A DNA stretch of 64,000 nucleotides from an archaeon (GCA_021800035.1 JAJYZJ010000002.1:497-64496); one strand, 5' to 3'; positions 19,608 through 29,885 are shown, counted from the first letter of the stretch. Numbers and translations: made by a program. The notes: generated from the sequence alone by a model not told the origin.

Positions 19608-20078
19608 TTGCCGTATAGATTCGACATCGCGAGATTCATTCTAATAATTGTCACTGCGCTCTTAATGGTGGTCTTCTTTTCCTTCGGAGGGCTGTTTGGA
19701 ACAGGCGCGACTGTGAAACTGGGCGGCGGATCACTCGTTCTTGTTCTCATTATTATTGCATGTGTGGCGGCTGGCCTAAGTTTCACAAAAGTAATTCCAT
19801 CGAAGGAAGACGTAGATATCACTACAGAAAGCAGATGCCCCTCCTGCGGATTTCTTCTCCAGCGGGCATTCGAAAATGGGGACTTCATCTCGAAACCTGA
19901 CAAACCATGCCCCAAGGACGGAGCAACTACTATCATTCAGAAGATATACACTACTCAGTCGAGCCAAGAAAAGACCGGAACCGTGAGCGTCGGCGCGGGC
20001 GATACCGCCACATGGATTCACCCTTCCCAGCATACTCTCCTAGCACCTGTCATATCCACCATAATACCCTCAATGTAA
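19608..20078 (+). CDS. hypothetical membrane protein with zinc-ribbon-like motif
   Basis: Two TM helices, then CPSCGF...x18...CPKDG. A 133-aa ORF on the opposite strand (19535-19936) competes with it. The plus-strand product looks more protein-like. Confidence 0.45.
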   Translation: MPYRFDIARFILIIVTALLMVVFFSFGGLFGTGATVKLGGGSLVLVLIIIACVAAGLSFTKVIPSKEDVDITTESRCPSCGFLLQRAFENGDFISKPDKPCPKDGATTIIQKIYTTQSSQEKTGTVSVGAGDTATWIHPSQHTLLAPVISTIIPSM

Positions 20079-20674
20079 AGTGACGTCGCGAGTATTCACG
20101 GGCCATTCAGTGAGTCACTGCGCCAGGGTCTGGCGCGTTTGACACTGATGATACAGCGGCGATTCTGCATATTCAAAACCATTTCTAGACAACACGCTGC
20201 AATAGCAGGATGGTCACGAACAAGCAACATGCAAATTTCGCAATCGCATATCCTAATCGGGTGCAAGAAGACTGATACTTGAGCCAAGGTGCCCATGACA
20301 CTTAACAGCGTGGCGACTGCTCTTTTCCTTCCTGTAATACCTGACTCAGCGAAAACGAGAATCGTTTACCCGTTTTCCTCACGTAGATCTGAAATTGAAT
20401 ACAGCCCATCGTAACTAGTTCCTGCGCCCGAGCATACTCGTCGCATCCGTGTCAACTCTGTGACGAACCGGAGACTCGTCGCCCCACGCTTAGTGATTCA
20501 CTAGCGCATGAATCAAACCTTCGCACTCTAAGCTCTCCTGTGGCAGCATCAAGGAAGCGGCCGAAGAGGTCGAACGAGGCAGATGTGACCCTGATTGAAC
20601 TCAAATCTTCCCCCGCAGAAAATTAGCTGAGCAGTAGGAATCTGGTCTAAGAAAATTGCACTCAAGTTGCGCAC

Positions 20675-22186
20675 GTGGGTCTTATGGAAGCCAATAACTC
20701 AATTTCCGAAATTGCGGCCGAAAAACGGTACCGCTCTTTAGCAATCATCATCGTTATGATGGGTGTGACTATGAGTGCAATCGATACTACTGCAGTAGTC
20801 CTTGGACTGCCGGTGATAATGAGGGACCTTCATTCCAATATCATCAGCATGATTTGGGTTATAATGTCTTACCTTTTGGTCATTACTGTAGCAGGTACTC
20901 AGGTGGGAAGGCTCGGAGATATGTTTGGAAGGGTGAGAATGTATAATCTCGGTTTTGCAGTATTCACAGTTGGCTCGCTGTTTTGCGCCTTTTCGACTAA
21001 TGGTCCTCAATTAATTTCGTTTCGAGTGTTACAGGGAATTGGTGGAGCGTTAGTATCGTCTAACAGCGGCGCAATCATAGCTGACACCTTTCCCCAAAGA
21101 GAGAGAGGAAAGGCGTACGGCTTTACTGGAGTGGGCTGGTCAGTGGGAGCTATTTTTGGGATACTGATAGGAGGCGCATTTGTGACGTTCCTTAACTGGA
21201 GGTACATCTTTCTAATCAATCTACCAATCGGGGTCCTCGCAACGACCGCCGGCTACGTGCTACTGAAGGAACGGTCCCCGAAACTGAGGGCCCGGCTAGA
21301 CCCCGTTGGAATAGTCCTTTTAGCCGCAGGACTTTTCGCGGTCTTGCTCTCTCTCACTGACATGACTGGGTCTGGCTATTCTATCCGCTACGGGACAGAA
21401 TTCGTCGTCGGAATCAGTCTTATGATCGCCTTTGCGTTTTGGGAAAAGCGTTTTACATCCCCGCTTCTCGACCTTGCCATCCTACGAGAAAGGGTGCTTT
21501 CTGCGTCAGTACTAGCTGCATTCTTCCAAGCGCTCGCAAGTTTTGCAGTAATCTTCCTAATAATAATGTATTTGCAAGGCCCACGGGGACTGACTCCATG
21601 GAACGCCTCCTTGCTTCTCATACCTGGGTACGTCCTGGGTGGCATGATAGCCCCATTCGCGGGGAAATTGTCCGACAAGCTTGGGGCCCGCGTTGTGGCA
21701 TCCGTTGGATTGTTGGCTCAGGTAGTCGGAATCGTAATCTACTCAACGCTAGGCCTCAACAGCTCTCTCTATATTGTAGTTCTGGGCTCAATTGTTAATG
21801 GAGCAGGGAGTAGCTCTTTCTTTCCAGCTAATAACAGTGCCGTGATGGCTAGCGCGCCTCCCAATGCATATGGCGTCGCAAATGGCCTGCTACGAACGCT
21901 TTCAAATACTGGTATGGTGAGCAGCTTCGCCCTTGCATTGCTGATTGCCTCGATTTCCATACCCCGAGAATTGTCCTTTCAAATCTTTCTTGGGGTCGGC
22001 GGGATTCAGGGGACTCTGTCATCCGCGTTTGTAGACGGTATGCACGCCGCGCTCCTGTCTACCATTGCGCTTCTTTCAGTAGCTTTATTGCTTTCAGTCC
22101 TTCGCGGAAAAGAGACCCGTACCATGGCCCCAGAGCCTGTGATTTCAGCTCGACCGACAGGTCAGCTTTCTGTGGAAAAAGCGTAG
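20675..22186 (+). CDS. MFS transporter, 14-TM DHA2/EmrB-like
   Basis: GRLGDMFGRVRMYNLG is an MFS motif A, with ~14 hydrophobic helices. Confidence 0.85.
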   Translation: MGLMEANNSISEIAAEKRYRSLAIIIVMMGVTMSAIDTTAVVLGLPVIMRDLHSNIISMIWVIMSYLLVITVAGTQVGRLGDMFGRVRMYNLGFAVFTVGSLFCAFSTNGPQLISFRVLQGIGGALVSSNSGAIIADTFPQRERGKAYGFTGVGWSVGAIFGILIGGAFVTFLNWRYIFLINLPIGVLATTAGYVLLKERSPKLRARLDPVGIVLLAAGLFAVLLSLTDMTGSGYSIRYGTEFVVGISLMIAFAFWEKRFTSPLLDLAILRERVLSASVLAAFFQALASFAVIFLIIMYLQGPRGLTPWNASLLLIPGYVLGGMIAPFAGKLSDKLGARVVASVGLLAQVVGIVIYSTLGLNSSLYIVVLGSIVNGAGSSSFFPANNSAVMASAPPNAYGVANGLLRTLSNTGMVSSFALALLIASISIPRELSFQIFLGVGGIQGTLSSAFVDGMHAALLSTIALLSVALLLSVLRGKETRTMAPEPVISARPTGQLSVEKA

Positions 22187-22404
22187 CGAACGGGTCGGGG
22201 CAAAGAACCAAACCTTAATCCGCCGCGTGTTCTTCCCAACTAATTTGCCTGAAAGGGGGAAGAGCCCCCGCACTGGACCTCATCCATATTAACACGAGCA
22301 TTGCTTCTGTGTTTCAGCAATCCGGTTAATGGAAATCTTGCAGAAGATTCCTCAATATCCGAGCTATGATTTTGAGGTAGGAGGCAGGTTTCCTGAATCG
22401 ATTA

Positions 22405-22641
22405 TCAGGATTCACGAGAGAGCTGTAGAAATCCCCCTTCGGTCCAAGCCAGGACGACTCGGTTAGAACCTGCTTGAACTACCTCTACCGCTGTGTCTTC
22501 CGGCCCGCCAGAAGCTGCGACGGCTATAGAGCCGCGATTACTGAGTACTCTTAGAGAGCACAAGCTAATCTCCACCCGGATCAGGCCCGGTTGATTCTCG
22601 TCAATGTGTACTGGAGGGGAGCCAGTGCGAAATTGGTTCAA
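22405..22641 (-). CDS. hypothetical small protein (TTG start)
   Basis: The only ORF of at least 60 aa in a 756-nt convergent spacer. AAATAAAAATTTT lies ~10-23 nt upstream on the coding strand. No homology recognised. Confidence 0.2.
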   Translation of the reverse strand: MNQFRTGSPPVHIDENQPGLIRVEISLCSLRVLSNRGSIAVAASGGPEDTAVEVVQAGSNRVVLAWTEGGFLQLSRES

Positions 22642-22942
22642 GGCTAGCCAAAATTTTTATTTGCTGAACCAGATTACAAGAAGACTGTCTGATTGGCTGG
22701 AGCCGCCAAAAGGCAGCGGTTCCCTCATGGATATGGAGATGCACCACTAATGAATTGTCCTGCTACGACGACATTCCAGAGCATTTAGGTTGAATCGCGG
22801 CATAAAGCATTTGGTAGTGTAGAATTCCACCCCGCAGCTTCACTTGCGACTCTCGGAAGACAAGAAACCGCCCTGTTTAGAGGTTAGCAGCGCTATCTTT
22901 CTGAAATTCTAGAGTTTGAATAGGAGAAACGCCATAATGGAT

Positions 22943-24322
22943 TTATTTAGTCTTTAAGGCCGCAATTAGCTCTGTAAGCACCTGTTTTGCGTCGCCGAAT
23001 ACCATCATTGTGTTTTCGTTATAGAACAGCTCGTTTTCTACGCCAGAAAATCCCGCTCCCAGCGAACGCTTTATGAATATCACGGTCTTGGCCTTGTCCA
23101 CGTCCAGAATCGGCATACCGTAGAGCGGCGAGCCAGGTTTCGTTCTCGCCGCCGGATTGGTCACGTCGTTTGCCCCGACAACCACAGCGACATCAGTCTC
23201 CGGAAAGAGCGGATTTATTCGCTCCATCTCATATAACTGATCGTAAGGCACATTTGCTTCGGCCAATAGTACGTTCATGTGGCCTGGCATCCGCCCTGCA
23301 ACCGGATGAATCGCGTACTTGACATCAATACCACGGGCCTGCAGCACATCTGCGAGTTCTTTGAGGACGTGCTGAGACTGGGAAGTAGCCATACCGTAGC
23401 CTGGTGCGAATACAACCTTTCGCGCATTAGATAGTACGGTGGCTGCGTCGTCAACACTGTAGCCCTGTACAGTTCGGTGCTCCGTCGCTCCCCTTTCATC
23501 TACCTCTTTTGCTCCGCCCACCGCCCCAAACAGGATGTTTATGAATGAACGGTTCATGGCCCTGCTCATGATTATTGCGAGGACAAGGCCAGATGAGCCA
23601 TCGAGTGAACCTGCTACAATAAGTATCTTGTTATCCAGAACAAATCCAAGACCGGCAGCCGACATCCCCGCGAAAGAGTTGAGTATCGCAATGACAGTGG
23701 GCATATCGGCTCCCCCTATGGCCATTACGAGCAGAAAACCGAAGAGGAGTGAAAGTGCTGCCAGTGCCGGAAGTGCAAAAGAGCGAGACGGGTTCAAAAC
23801 CAGGTAGACGGCGAACGCTATAGCCAATCCGAGATTCACGAGGCTGATGACAACTCTTCCGGGATACACAAAGGGCCGACCTGGGATGAGCGCCTGGAGT
23901 TTCAGGAATGCCACTGAGCTTCCAGTGAAAGTCAAGAACCCGAGAATCATCTCGCCGCTAAGAACGGCCATCGTAAAGGGGTCTACGTTGGGGGCATCAT
24001 GATAGTATTCAGCGGCGCCGATAAGGGCCACCGCCAGCGAACCGAAAGCGTGAGACATCGCCGTTCGCTGGGGTACGGCCGTCATGGGCACCTTTAGTGC
24101 GATTGGGGTCCCCACGATTGTTCCCACTATGACGGCGAGCACCAGGAGGTCCACGCGGTGAATTTCGAACGCAGCGAGCGTCGCGAAAATCGATATGACC
24201 ATCCCAACTATCGCGGACCAGTTTCCGTAACGCGCTGTCCTTACTTCGCTCATGAGCTTCAGCCCGAGCGCGAAGAACAGCGCAGCGGCAGCGTAGAGAT
24301 ACAGGACGATCAGGTCATTCAT
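22943..24322 (-). CDS. pntB: NAD(P) transhydrogenase subunit beta
   Basis: N-terminal polytopic membrane domain plus C-terminal dIII (GYGMA.SQ, HPVAGRMPGHMNVLLAEA, VVGANDVTNPAA). Confidence 0.95.
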   Translation of the reverse strand: MNDLIVLYLYAAAALFFALGLKLMSEVRTARYGNWSAIVGMVISIFATLAAFEIHRVDLLVLAVIVGTIVGTPIALKVPMTAVPQRTAMSHAFGSLAVALIGAAEYYHDAPNVDPFTMAVLSGEMILGFLTFTGSSVAFLKLQALIPGRPFVYPGRVVISLVNLGLAIAFAVYLVLNPSRSFALPALAALSLLFGFLLVMAIGGADMPTVIAILNSFAGMSAAGLGFVLDNKILIVAGSLDGSSGLVLAIIMSRAMNRSFINILFGAVGGAKEVDERGATEHRTVQGYSVDDAATVLSNARKVVFAPGYGMATSQSQHVLKELADVLQARGIDVKYAIHPVAGRMPGHMNVLLAEANVPYDQLYEMERINPLFPETDVAVVVGANDVTNPAARTKPGSPLYGMPILDVDKAKTVIFIKRSLGAGFSGVENELFYNENTMMVFGDAKQVLTELIAALKTK

Positions 24323-24648
24323 TGCTGAGCTTTCCGCTCCTCTTTATTCGGCCTGCCACGAAACATCCTTAGAATTCGTTCAGTTAGCATAAACCCGCTC
24401 ACGATGTTAGTGAACGCAAGAGCCACCCCAATTGTGGCTAATGTAAGTAAATTCGTATTCGTAGTTTCCGCCATCACAATAAGTGCCGCAATAAACGAAA
24501 CAGACGAAATGGCGTTCGTAAGGGACATGAGCGGGGTGTGTAGTAGTCTAGACACATGCCTGATTAGCTCTATTCCAAGAAACGTGGAGAGGACAAAGAT
24601 AAGCAGGTTGACTGGAAGGTCGTTGTAAATCTGGCTAACCAATTCCAT
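24319..24648 (-). CDS. pntA: NAD(P) transhydrogenase alpha subunit part 2 (membrane)
   Basis: 109-aa three-helix protein, with a 4-nt overlap with pntB. This is the typical split pntAA/pntAB arrangement. Confidence 0.9.
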   Translation of the reverse strand: MELVSQIYNDLPVNLLIFVLSTFLGIELIRHVSRLLHTPLMSLTNAISSVSFIAALIVMAETTNTNLLTLATIGVALAFTNIVSGFMLTERILRMFRGRPNKEERKAQQ

Positions 24649-24658
24649 CCATCTCCGG

Positions 24659-25792
24659 TTATTGTACTCCTTCCATTGCCTTCCGAGTAGGCTCGTGCAA
24701 CACCTGTCCGTTCTGCGTAACGAGGGCTCCCCGTGTCAGCTCATCGTTCAAATCCACATTTATGCTACTCTCTTTCAAAATGCTCAGGAGAAATGTAGTA
24801 ATGTTCCTTGAGTAAAGGCGGCTCGCTTCGGGGGCCATCATTGAGGGCAAATTTAGCAGACCGTGAATTGTTACCCCATACTTGACCACAGTCTTACCGG
24901 CTTCAGTAAGCGGGCAGTTTCCGCCCTGTTCCGCCGCTAGGTCTACTATAACAGACGATGGCTTCATCTGTTTTACTGCATCCTCGGCTACAAGAATTGG
25001 CGCCCGCTGACCGGGGACGAGTGCAGTCGTAATAACGACATCGGAAATTTTAATGTGCTCAGCCAACAGTTCCTGTTGTTTTCGGTAGAATTCTTCAGAC
25101 TGCGCCTTGGCGTAACCGCTTGCAGCCTGGGCATCAGCAGCAGTGACAGGAATCTGGACGAACTTCGCTCCGAGACTCTCGATTTGCTCCTTCACAGCCG
25201 GTCGAACATCGTAAGCCTCCACTAGAGCTCCCAGCCGGCGAGATATCGCTATGGCCTGGAGCCCGGCTACGCCCGCGCCGATAACAAAAACCCGAGCAGG
25301 CGATATCGTTCCAGCTGCGGTCATGAGCAGTGGAAAAAGTTTTGGAACCGAGTCCGCGGCGAGTAGCACCGCCTTGTACCCGGATATCGTTGCTTGCGAC
25401 GAGAGCGCATCCATCGATTGCGCCCTGCTTATTCTTGGGATAAGGTCCATGGCGAATGCTGTTATCCGCTTGGCTACTAGCGACTTTATGAGATGGAGAT
25501 TGGTAACCGGGTAGAGGAAAGACACGAGAGTGGCCCCTTCACTGTAGCGATCTATCTCATTCACACTGGGAGGCTGAACTTTGAGTATAACCTCAGACTG
25601 AGAATAGACGCTTGCAGCGTCAGGCACGATTTCGGCCTTGCTTCCCGAGTACATATCGTCAGTAAAATTCGAGCTTTCTCCTGCTCCCGCCTGTACCAAA
25701 ACTCGGTTCGGCAGCAATTTTGTGACCGAATCTGGAACTATGGCGACGCGTCGCTCTCCTGCAGCAGACTCCTTTGGAATTCCAATTATCAT
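24659..25792 (-). CDS. pntA: NAD(P) transhydrogenase alpha subunit part 1 (dI, alanine dehydrogenase-like)
   Basis: MIIGIPKESAAGERRVAIVP and a VIGAGVAGLQAI Rossmann loop. Confidence 0.95.
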   Translation of the reverse strand: MIIGIPKESAAGERRVAIVPDSVTKLLPNRVLVQAGAGESSNFTDDMYSGSKAEIVPDAASVYSQSEVILKVQPPSVNEIDRYSEGATLVSFLYPVTNLHLIKSLVAKRITAFAMDLIPRISRAQSMDALSSQATISGYKAVLLAADSVPKLFPLLMTAAGTISPARVFVIGAGVAGLQAIAISRRLGALVEAYDVRPAVKEQIESLGAKFVQIPVTAADAQAASGYAKAQSEEFYRKQQELLAEHIKISDVVITTALVPGQRAPILVAEDAVKQMKPSSVIVDLAAEQGGNCPLTEAGKTVVKYGVTIHGLLNLPSMMAPEASRLYSRNITTFLLSILKESSINVDLNDELTRGALVTQNGQVLHEPTRKAMEGVQ

Positions 25793-26003
25793 TGCTATTA
25801 CAGAGCCCTTGAAGGCGGTGTGAACTGAGGCTATATCAGGCTAACGAGGGTTTGGTTGGTTACCAGATCGTCCCTGATGAATCAGATTCAACCACGAGCG
25901 CTAACTCGTAAATAGCGCGCGTTGACAGAACAATGTGCACACGCTCCCAAATGACAGATGGGGCGTCAAAATGAGCAAGGTGCATTTAGGCTTCCTGTTC
26001 TCT

Positions 26004-26620
26004 TTAGCAAGTTAGCGTGCCGCTCTGGCACGCTAGACTCTCCAGTTCTGTAGCTCGATTGGTATGGCTTGATATCTGGGACCGGAGTTCCATCAAATAT
26101 TCGACATTAGATACTGTTAACGTGTTTTCGCCTCGTTTCAAGAGCTGTACAAGCGAGAATCCTATCGGGTTTCGGCCCTTTACGCGAGTCAAGCGCAAAA
26201 AACTGCGACAGTTGGAAACTTGTCTAGAGCCACGCCCTCGTTCAGCTGAGCTCTCGGCTCCATCCTGAGCGGTCCAAACCGCTGTATTCGCAACGTGTTA
26301 AAGTATCCTATACCAAAAACGTACTGGAACCCGTCAATCCGGTCTGGGGCGTCTGTGTACTTTTGGAAAACCTCGACTTTCGGGGCCATTCCTTTTTTCG
26401 CGCGTATGTCATCGCGAAGGGCTCAGGTGTGAACAATCCCAATAGGTCGGAGTCCGACCTCTTTGTATGTGCTCACGAGGATTAGGCACTGACTACTGAT
26501 TCCGACATCAGAGCCTGTAAAAGCATTTTTCCTACAGTTCACGGTCTCCGCGTAACCATTAAGAACGGGTCGACAGTGACACTCCGCATGAAAGGCTATT
26601 ATTTGTATCCGGACATACAC
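26004..26620 (-). pseudogene. decayed gene remnant, weakly tyrosine-recombinase-like
   Basis: Three colinear ORF fragments. The first two are in the same frame, separated only by TGA at 26420-26422. The third is reached by a 1-nt shift at ~26198. LILVSTYKEVGLRPIG and FGIGYFNTLRIQRFGPL loosely recall integrase box I and the GKG..R.vPL segment. Confidence 0.3.
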
Positions 26621-29600
26621 AAAAACAGGATTTGCTTTGTCTCCGACGATGATGTATGGCTAACGGACGACAAGTCGCACACAGCGAGTAGGCTCACAGT
26701 AGGTTTCGGAGTTGTCTCTCGACCGAAATTCTCTCCGGACGGTGCATGGATAGCCTTTAGGGGGCAGAAAGGCACGGACCAAGCCAGCGCCGAAATCTAC
26801 GTAATTTCGACGTCGGGCGGAGAAGCCCGGAGGCTCACTTATTTCGGTGGTCTGGGAGTAGACATGGTTGGGTGGACCAAAGATGGGAAAGTGGTATTCT
26901 CGAGCGATACTGGCCGACCCTTTCGGGGCTGGAAAGAACTGTTCAAAGTTTCTCCGTCGGGAGGCGAGCCAGAGCGGCTGCAATTCGGCCCGGCCACTGG
27001 CGTGACGTGGGGGGAGGGCTTTACCGTGCTCGCCCGAAACTCAAGCGATCTAACTTATTGGAAACGCTACAAGGGCGGGACAAGGGGAAAGTTTTGGTTA
27101 GACCGGACTAATAGCGGCGAGTTCGTAAAATTCCTGGAACTCGATTCCAACCTCAACTCTCCTTGCGTTATCGGCAGGAGACTTTACTTTGTATCGGACC
27201 ACGAAGGCGTGGGAAACATTTATTCCGTCTCCGTTGACGGCAATGGAGGAGACATAAATAAACACACCAATCATAACGAGTATTATGTGAGGAATGCGAG
27301 CTCGGACGGGGAGCGGATAGTCTTCCACTCAGGAGGTGATCTGTTCATCTACGATCCAAGCTCTGACACGGAAGCAGAGCTCCAAGTCGATATCCCTTCA
27401 CCCCAAAGACAGAAAGAGGCCAAGTATGTTGAACCGAGTGAGTTCTTGGAGGCGTACGGACTGCACCCCAAGGGTCACATGCTTGTGCTCACCATTAGAG
27501 GAAAGTTATTTGTAATGGGCAACTGGGATGGACCAGTGCAACAAGCGGGACTGCACAACGGCGTGAGGTACCGATTGCCAAATCTTGCCCCAGAAGGAAA
27601 CAAACTGGTCGCAATATCCGACTCAACTGGGGAAGAGAGATTGGAACTTCACGACCTTGAGCGAACCGAGTTCAGACAAATCGACAAGGATTTCGGAATT
27701 GTAGAAGAGCTTGTTCTGTCGCCTAACGGGGAACAGGTCGCAGTAACGAACAACCGCTTCGAGCTTTGGTCAGTCCAATTAAGCGACGGCTCGGCGAAGA
27801 GGCTGGACTCAAGCGAATACGGTTCTATATCAGGTGTCCAGTGGCACCCGAGCGGTGAATGGCTCGCGTATAGCTTCCCTGAGTCAAACCATACAGCCAG
27901 TATAAAATTGGTTAACGTTAGCACCGGCGAGTCAGCGAGGGTAACCACTCCGACCGCAGTGGATTATAGCCCTTCGTTCGACCCAGACGGAAGATACCTG
28001 TACTACCTTTCGCAGAGGTGGTTTGACCCCGTCTACGACAAAGTAATTTTTGACCTGGGCTTTCCAAGGGCCTCGAAACCGTTCGCAGTTACCCTCCAAA
28101 AGGAAACGCCGTCTCCGTTCAATCCAGTGCCGAAACCCCCGACGAAAGGTGGAGAGGCAAAGGACACACAAAAAACAGAGTTAAAGATAGACATAGCAGG
28201 AATAGTAGAAAGGGCAGAACCTTTTCCAGTTGACGAAGGAGATTACGTCAAAATAGAAGGAATCAAAGGTAAGGCGCTCTTTCTATCATTCCCAGTTGAA
28301 GGCGCGATGCGCAGATGGCTTTTCTCTGCTGGTCCGCGCACCAATGGCCTCTTGGAGTTCTACGATTTGGAGGAAAATAGCAAGGATACGTTGCTCTCGG
28401 GCATATCGGATTTCGAACTCTCGGCAGACCGGTCAACTTTAGCCTATAGAGTTGGGGAGCAAATACGGGTTGTCAAGGCCGGAGAAAAACCAGACGAAAA
28501 GCCCCCCAACCTCCCAGGAAGAAAGTCTGGCTGGGTAGACCTCAAACGAATCAAGGTCCTGGTTGACCCAGCAGCAGAATGGAAACAGATGCTAAGGGAA
28601 ACCTGGAGGCTGATGCGGGAGAACTACTGGCGAGAAGATATGCGCGGACTTGACTGGGCCAAAATATGGGACAGGTACTACAATCTGCTTAACCGGATAA
28701 GCACGCGTTCTGAGCTTTCGGACCTACTTCGGGAAATGCAGGGAGAGCTCGGCACCTCACACGCCTATGAGATTGGAGGAGACTACGGGGAAGATCGCTT
28801 GCCACAAGTAGGAGCTATCGGGGCCGAGCTGAAATTCGACGGAAATGGTTACAGAATCGAATCTATTTTCGTGGGAGACCCTTCAAATCCAGGCGAAAAA
28901 TCGCCTCTGAAGGCAGCGGGAGTCGGCCTCGAAGTAGGCGATGTCTTGCTCGAAGTCGCGGGCCAGCGTCTGACTGACCAAGTTACATGGAGGATGGCCC
29001 TCCTTAACCACGCAGGCGACACGGTCTCAATCAGGGCTGAGACTAAGGCCGGCGTAAAGACTTTGAGCATCAAAACGCTACAGGACGAAAGGCAACTGCT
29101 TTACAGAGCATGGGTTGAAACAAACAGGAGTTATGTGCATGAGAAGACCAATGGAAGGATAGGCTATGTTCACATCCCGGATATGGGCCCTCATGGGTAT
29201 GCCGAGTTCCACAGGCTCTATCCGCAGGAAACGGAGAGGGATGGACTAATCGTTGACGTCCGCTATAACGGCGGTGGACATGTCTCAATGCTCCTTCTCG
29301 AGAAGCTCGCACGAAAGCGCATAGCTTACGACAAGCCGAGAAGGGGAAAAGTCTCACCTTACCCCCAGGACTCGGTCAAAGGACCCATAGTCGCCCTGAC
29401 GAATGAGCTCGCCGGTTCTGATGGCGACATTTTCAGCCATTCTTTCAAACTGCTCGGGCTCGGCCCCCTGATAGGAACCAGGACTTGGGGAGGCGTGATA
29501 GGGATCAATCCTAGACTCAGGCTCGTCGATGGCACGTTCGTGACTCAACCTCAATTCGCTTTTTGGTTTTCAGATGTGGGTTGGGGAGTGGAGAATTACG

Positions 29601-29734
29601 GTACAGAACCGACCATGCTCGTCGAGAATCGCCCACAGGACTATGCGAGAGGCATCGATTCCCAACTAGATACCGCAATTGACGCTGCCCTTCAAATGCT
29701 TGACAAGGCAACTCCGGTGAACGCTCCAGATTGA
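26588..29734 (+). CDS. tricorn protease
   Basis: Colinear with Thermoplasma tricorn as I recall it: YLYPDIH..ICFVSDDDVW, WKRYKGGTRGKFW, a PDZ region, RYNGGGHVS, and TNELAGSDGDIFSHSFK (Ser nucleophile). ATG 26588 lies ~28 nt after a weak TATA (CCATTAAGAA). The track ORF starts at 26576. Confidence 0.95.
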   Translation: MKGYYLYPDIHKNRICFVSDDDVWLTDDKSHTASRLTVGFGVVSRPKFSPDGAWIAFRGQKGTDQASAEIYVISTSGGEARRLTYFGGLGVDMVGWTKDGKVVFSSDTGRPFRGWKELFKVSPSGGEPERLQFGPATGVTWGEGFTVLARNSSDLTYWKRYKGGTRGKFWLDRTNSGEFVKFLELDSNLNSPCVIGRRLYFVSDHEGVGNIYSVSVDGNGGDINKHTNHNEYYVRNASSDGERIVFHSGGDLFIYDPSSDTEAELQVDIPSPQRQKEAKYVEPSEFLEAYGLHPKGHMLVLTIRGKLFVMGNWDGPVQQAGLHNGVRYRLPNLAPEGNKLVAISDSTGEERLELHDLERTEFRQIDKDFGIVEELVLSPNGEQVAVTNNRFELWSVQLSDGSAKRLDSSEYGSISGVQWHPSGEWLAYSFPESNHTASIKLVNVSTGESARVTTPTAVDYSPSFDPDGRYLYYLSQRWFDPVYDKVIFDLGFPRASKPFAVTLQKETPSPFNPVPKPPTKGGEAKDTQKTELKIDIAGIVERAEPFPVDEGDYVKIEGIKGKALFLSFPVEGAMRRWLFSAGPRTNGLLEFYDLEENSKDTLLSGISDFELSADRSTLAYRVGEQIRVVKAGEKPDEKPPNLPGRKSGWVDLKRIKVLVDPAAEWKQMLRETWRLMRENYWREDMRGLDWAKIWDRYYNLLNRISTRSELSDLLREMQGELGTSHAYEIGGDYGEDRLPQVGAIGAELKFDGNGYRIESIFVGDPSNPGEKSPLKAAGVGLEVGDVLLEVAGQRLTDQVTWRMALLNHAGDTVSIRAETKAGVKTLSIKTLQDERQLLYRAWVETNRSYVHEKTNGRIGYVHIPDMGPHGYAEFHRLYPQETERDGLIVDVRYNGGGHVSMLLLEKLARKRIAYDKPRRGKVSPYPQDSVKGPIVALTNELAGSDGDIFSHSFKLLGLGPLIGTRTWGGVIGINPRLRLVDGTFVTQPQFAFWFSDVGWGVENYGTEPTMLVENRPQDYARGIDSQLDTAIDAALQMLDKATPVNAPD

Positions 29735-29885
29735 AATCCCCAAGCCAAGTACGTAGAAAGAAGAGCGAGTTAGAAAAAAGGTATAAGAGAAATTCTGATG
29801 TCGCGGATATGCAGTCCCGCTTTTCACCCCCTCATACCCCAAAAGCAACATACGCTCCCATTCTGTAGCCTAATCTCTTTGCGCT

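Noticed and set aside
26420-26422. In-frame TGA in the minus-strand remnant as a selenocysteine codon
   Set aside because: The same reading frame is also broken by a frameshift ~220 nt further on. Its 5' end overlaps the tricorn start, and the flanking residues (HT*AL) give no redox-motif context. A pseudogene is the simpler reading.
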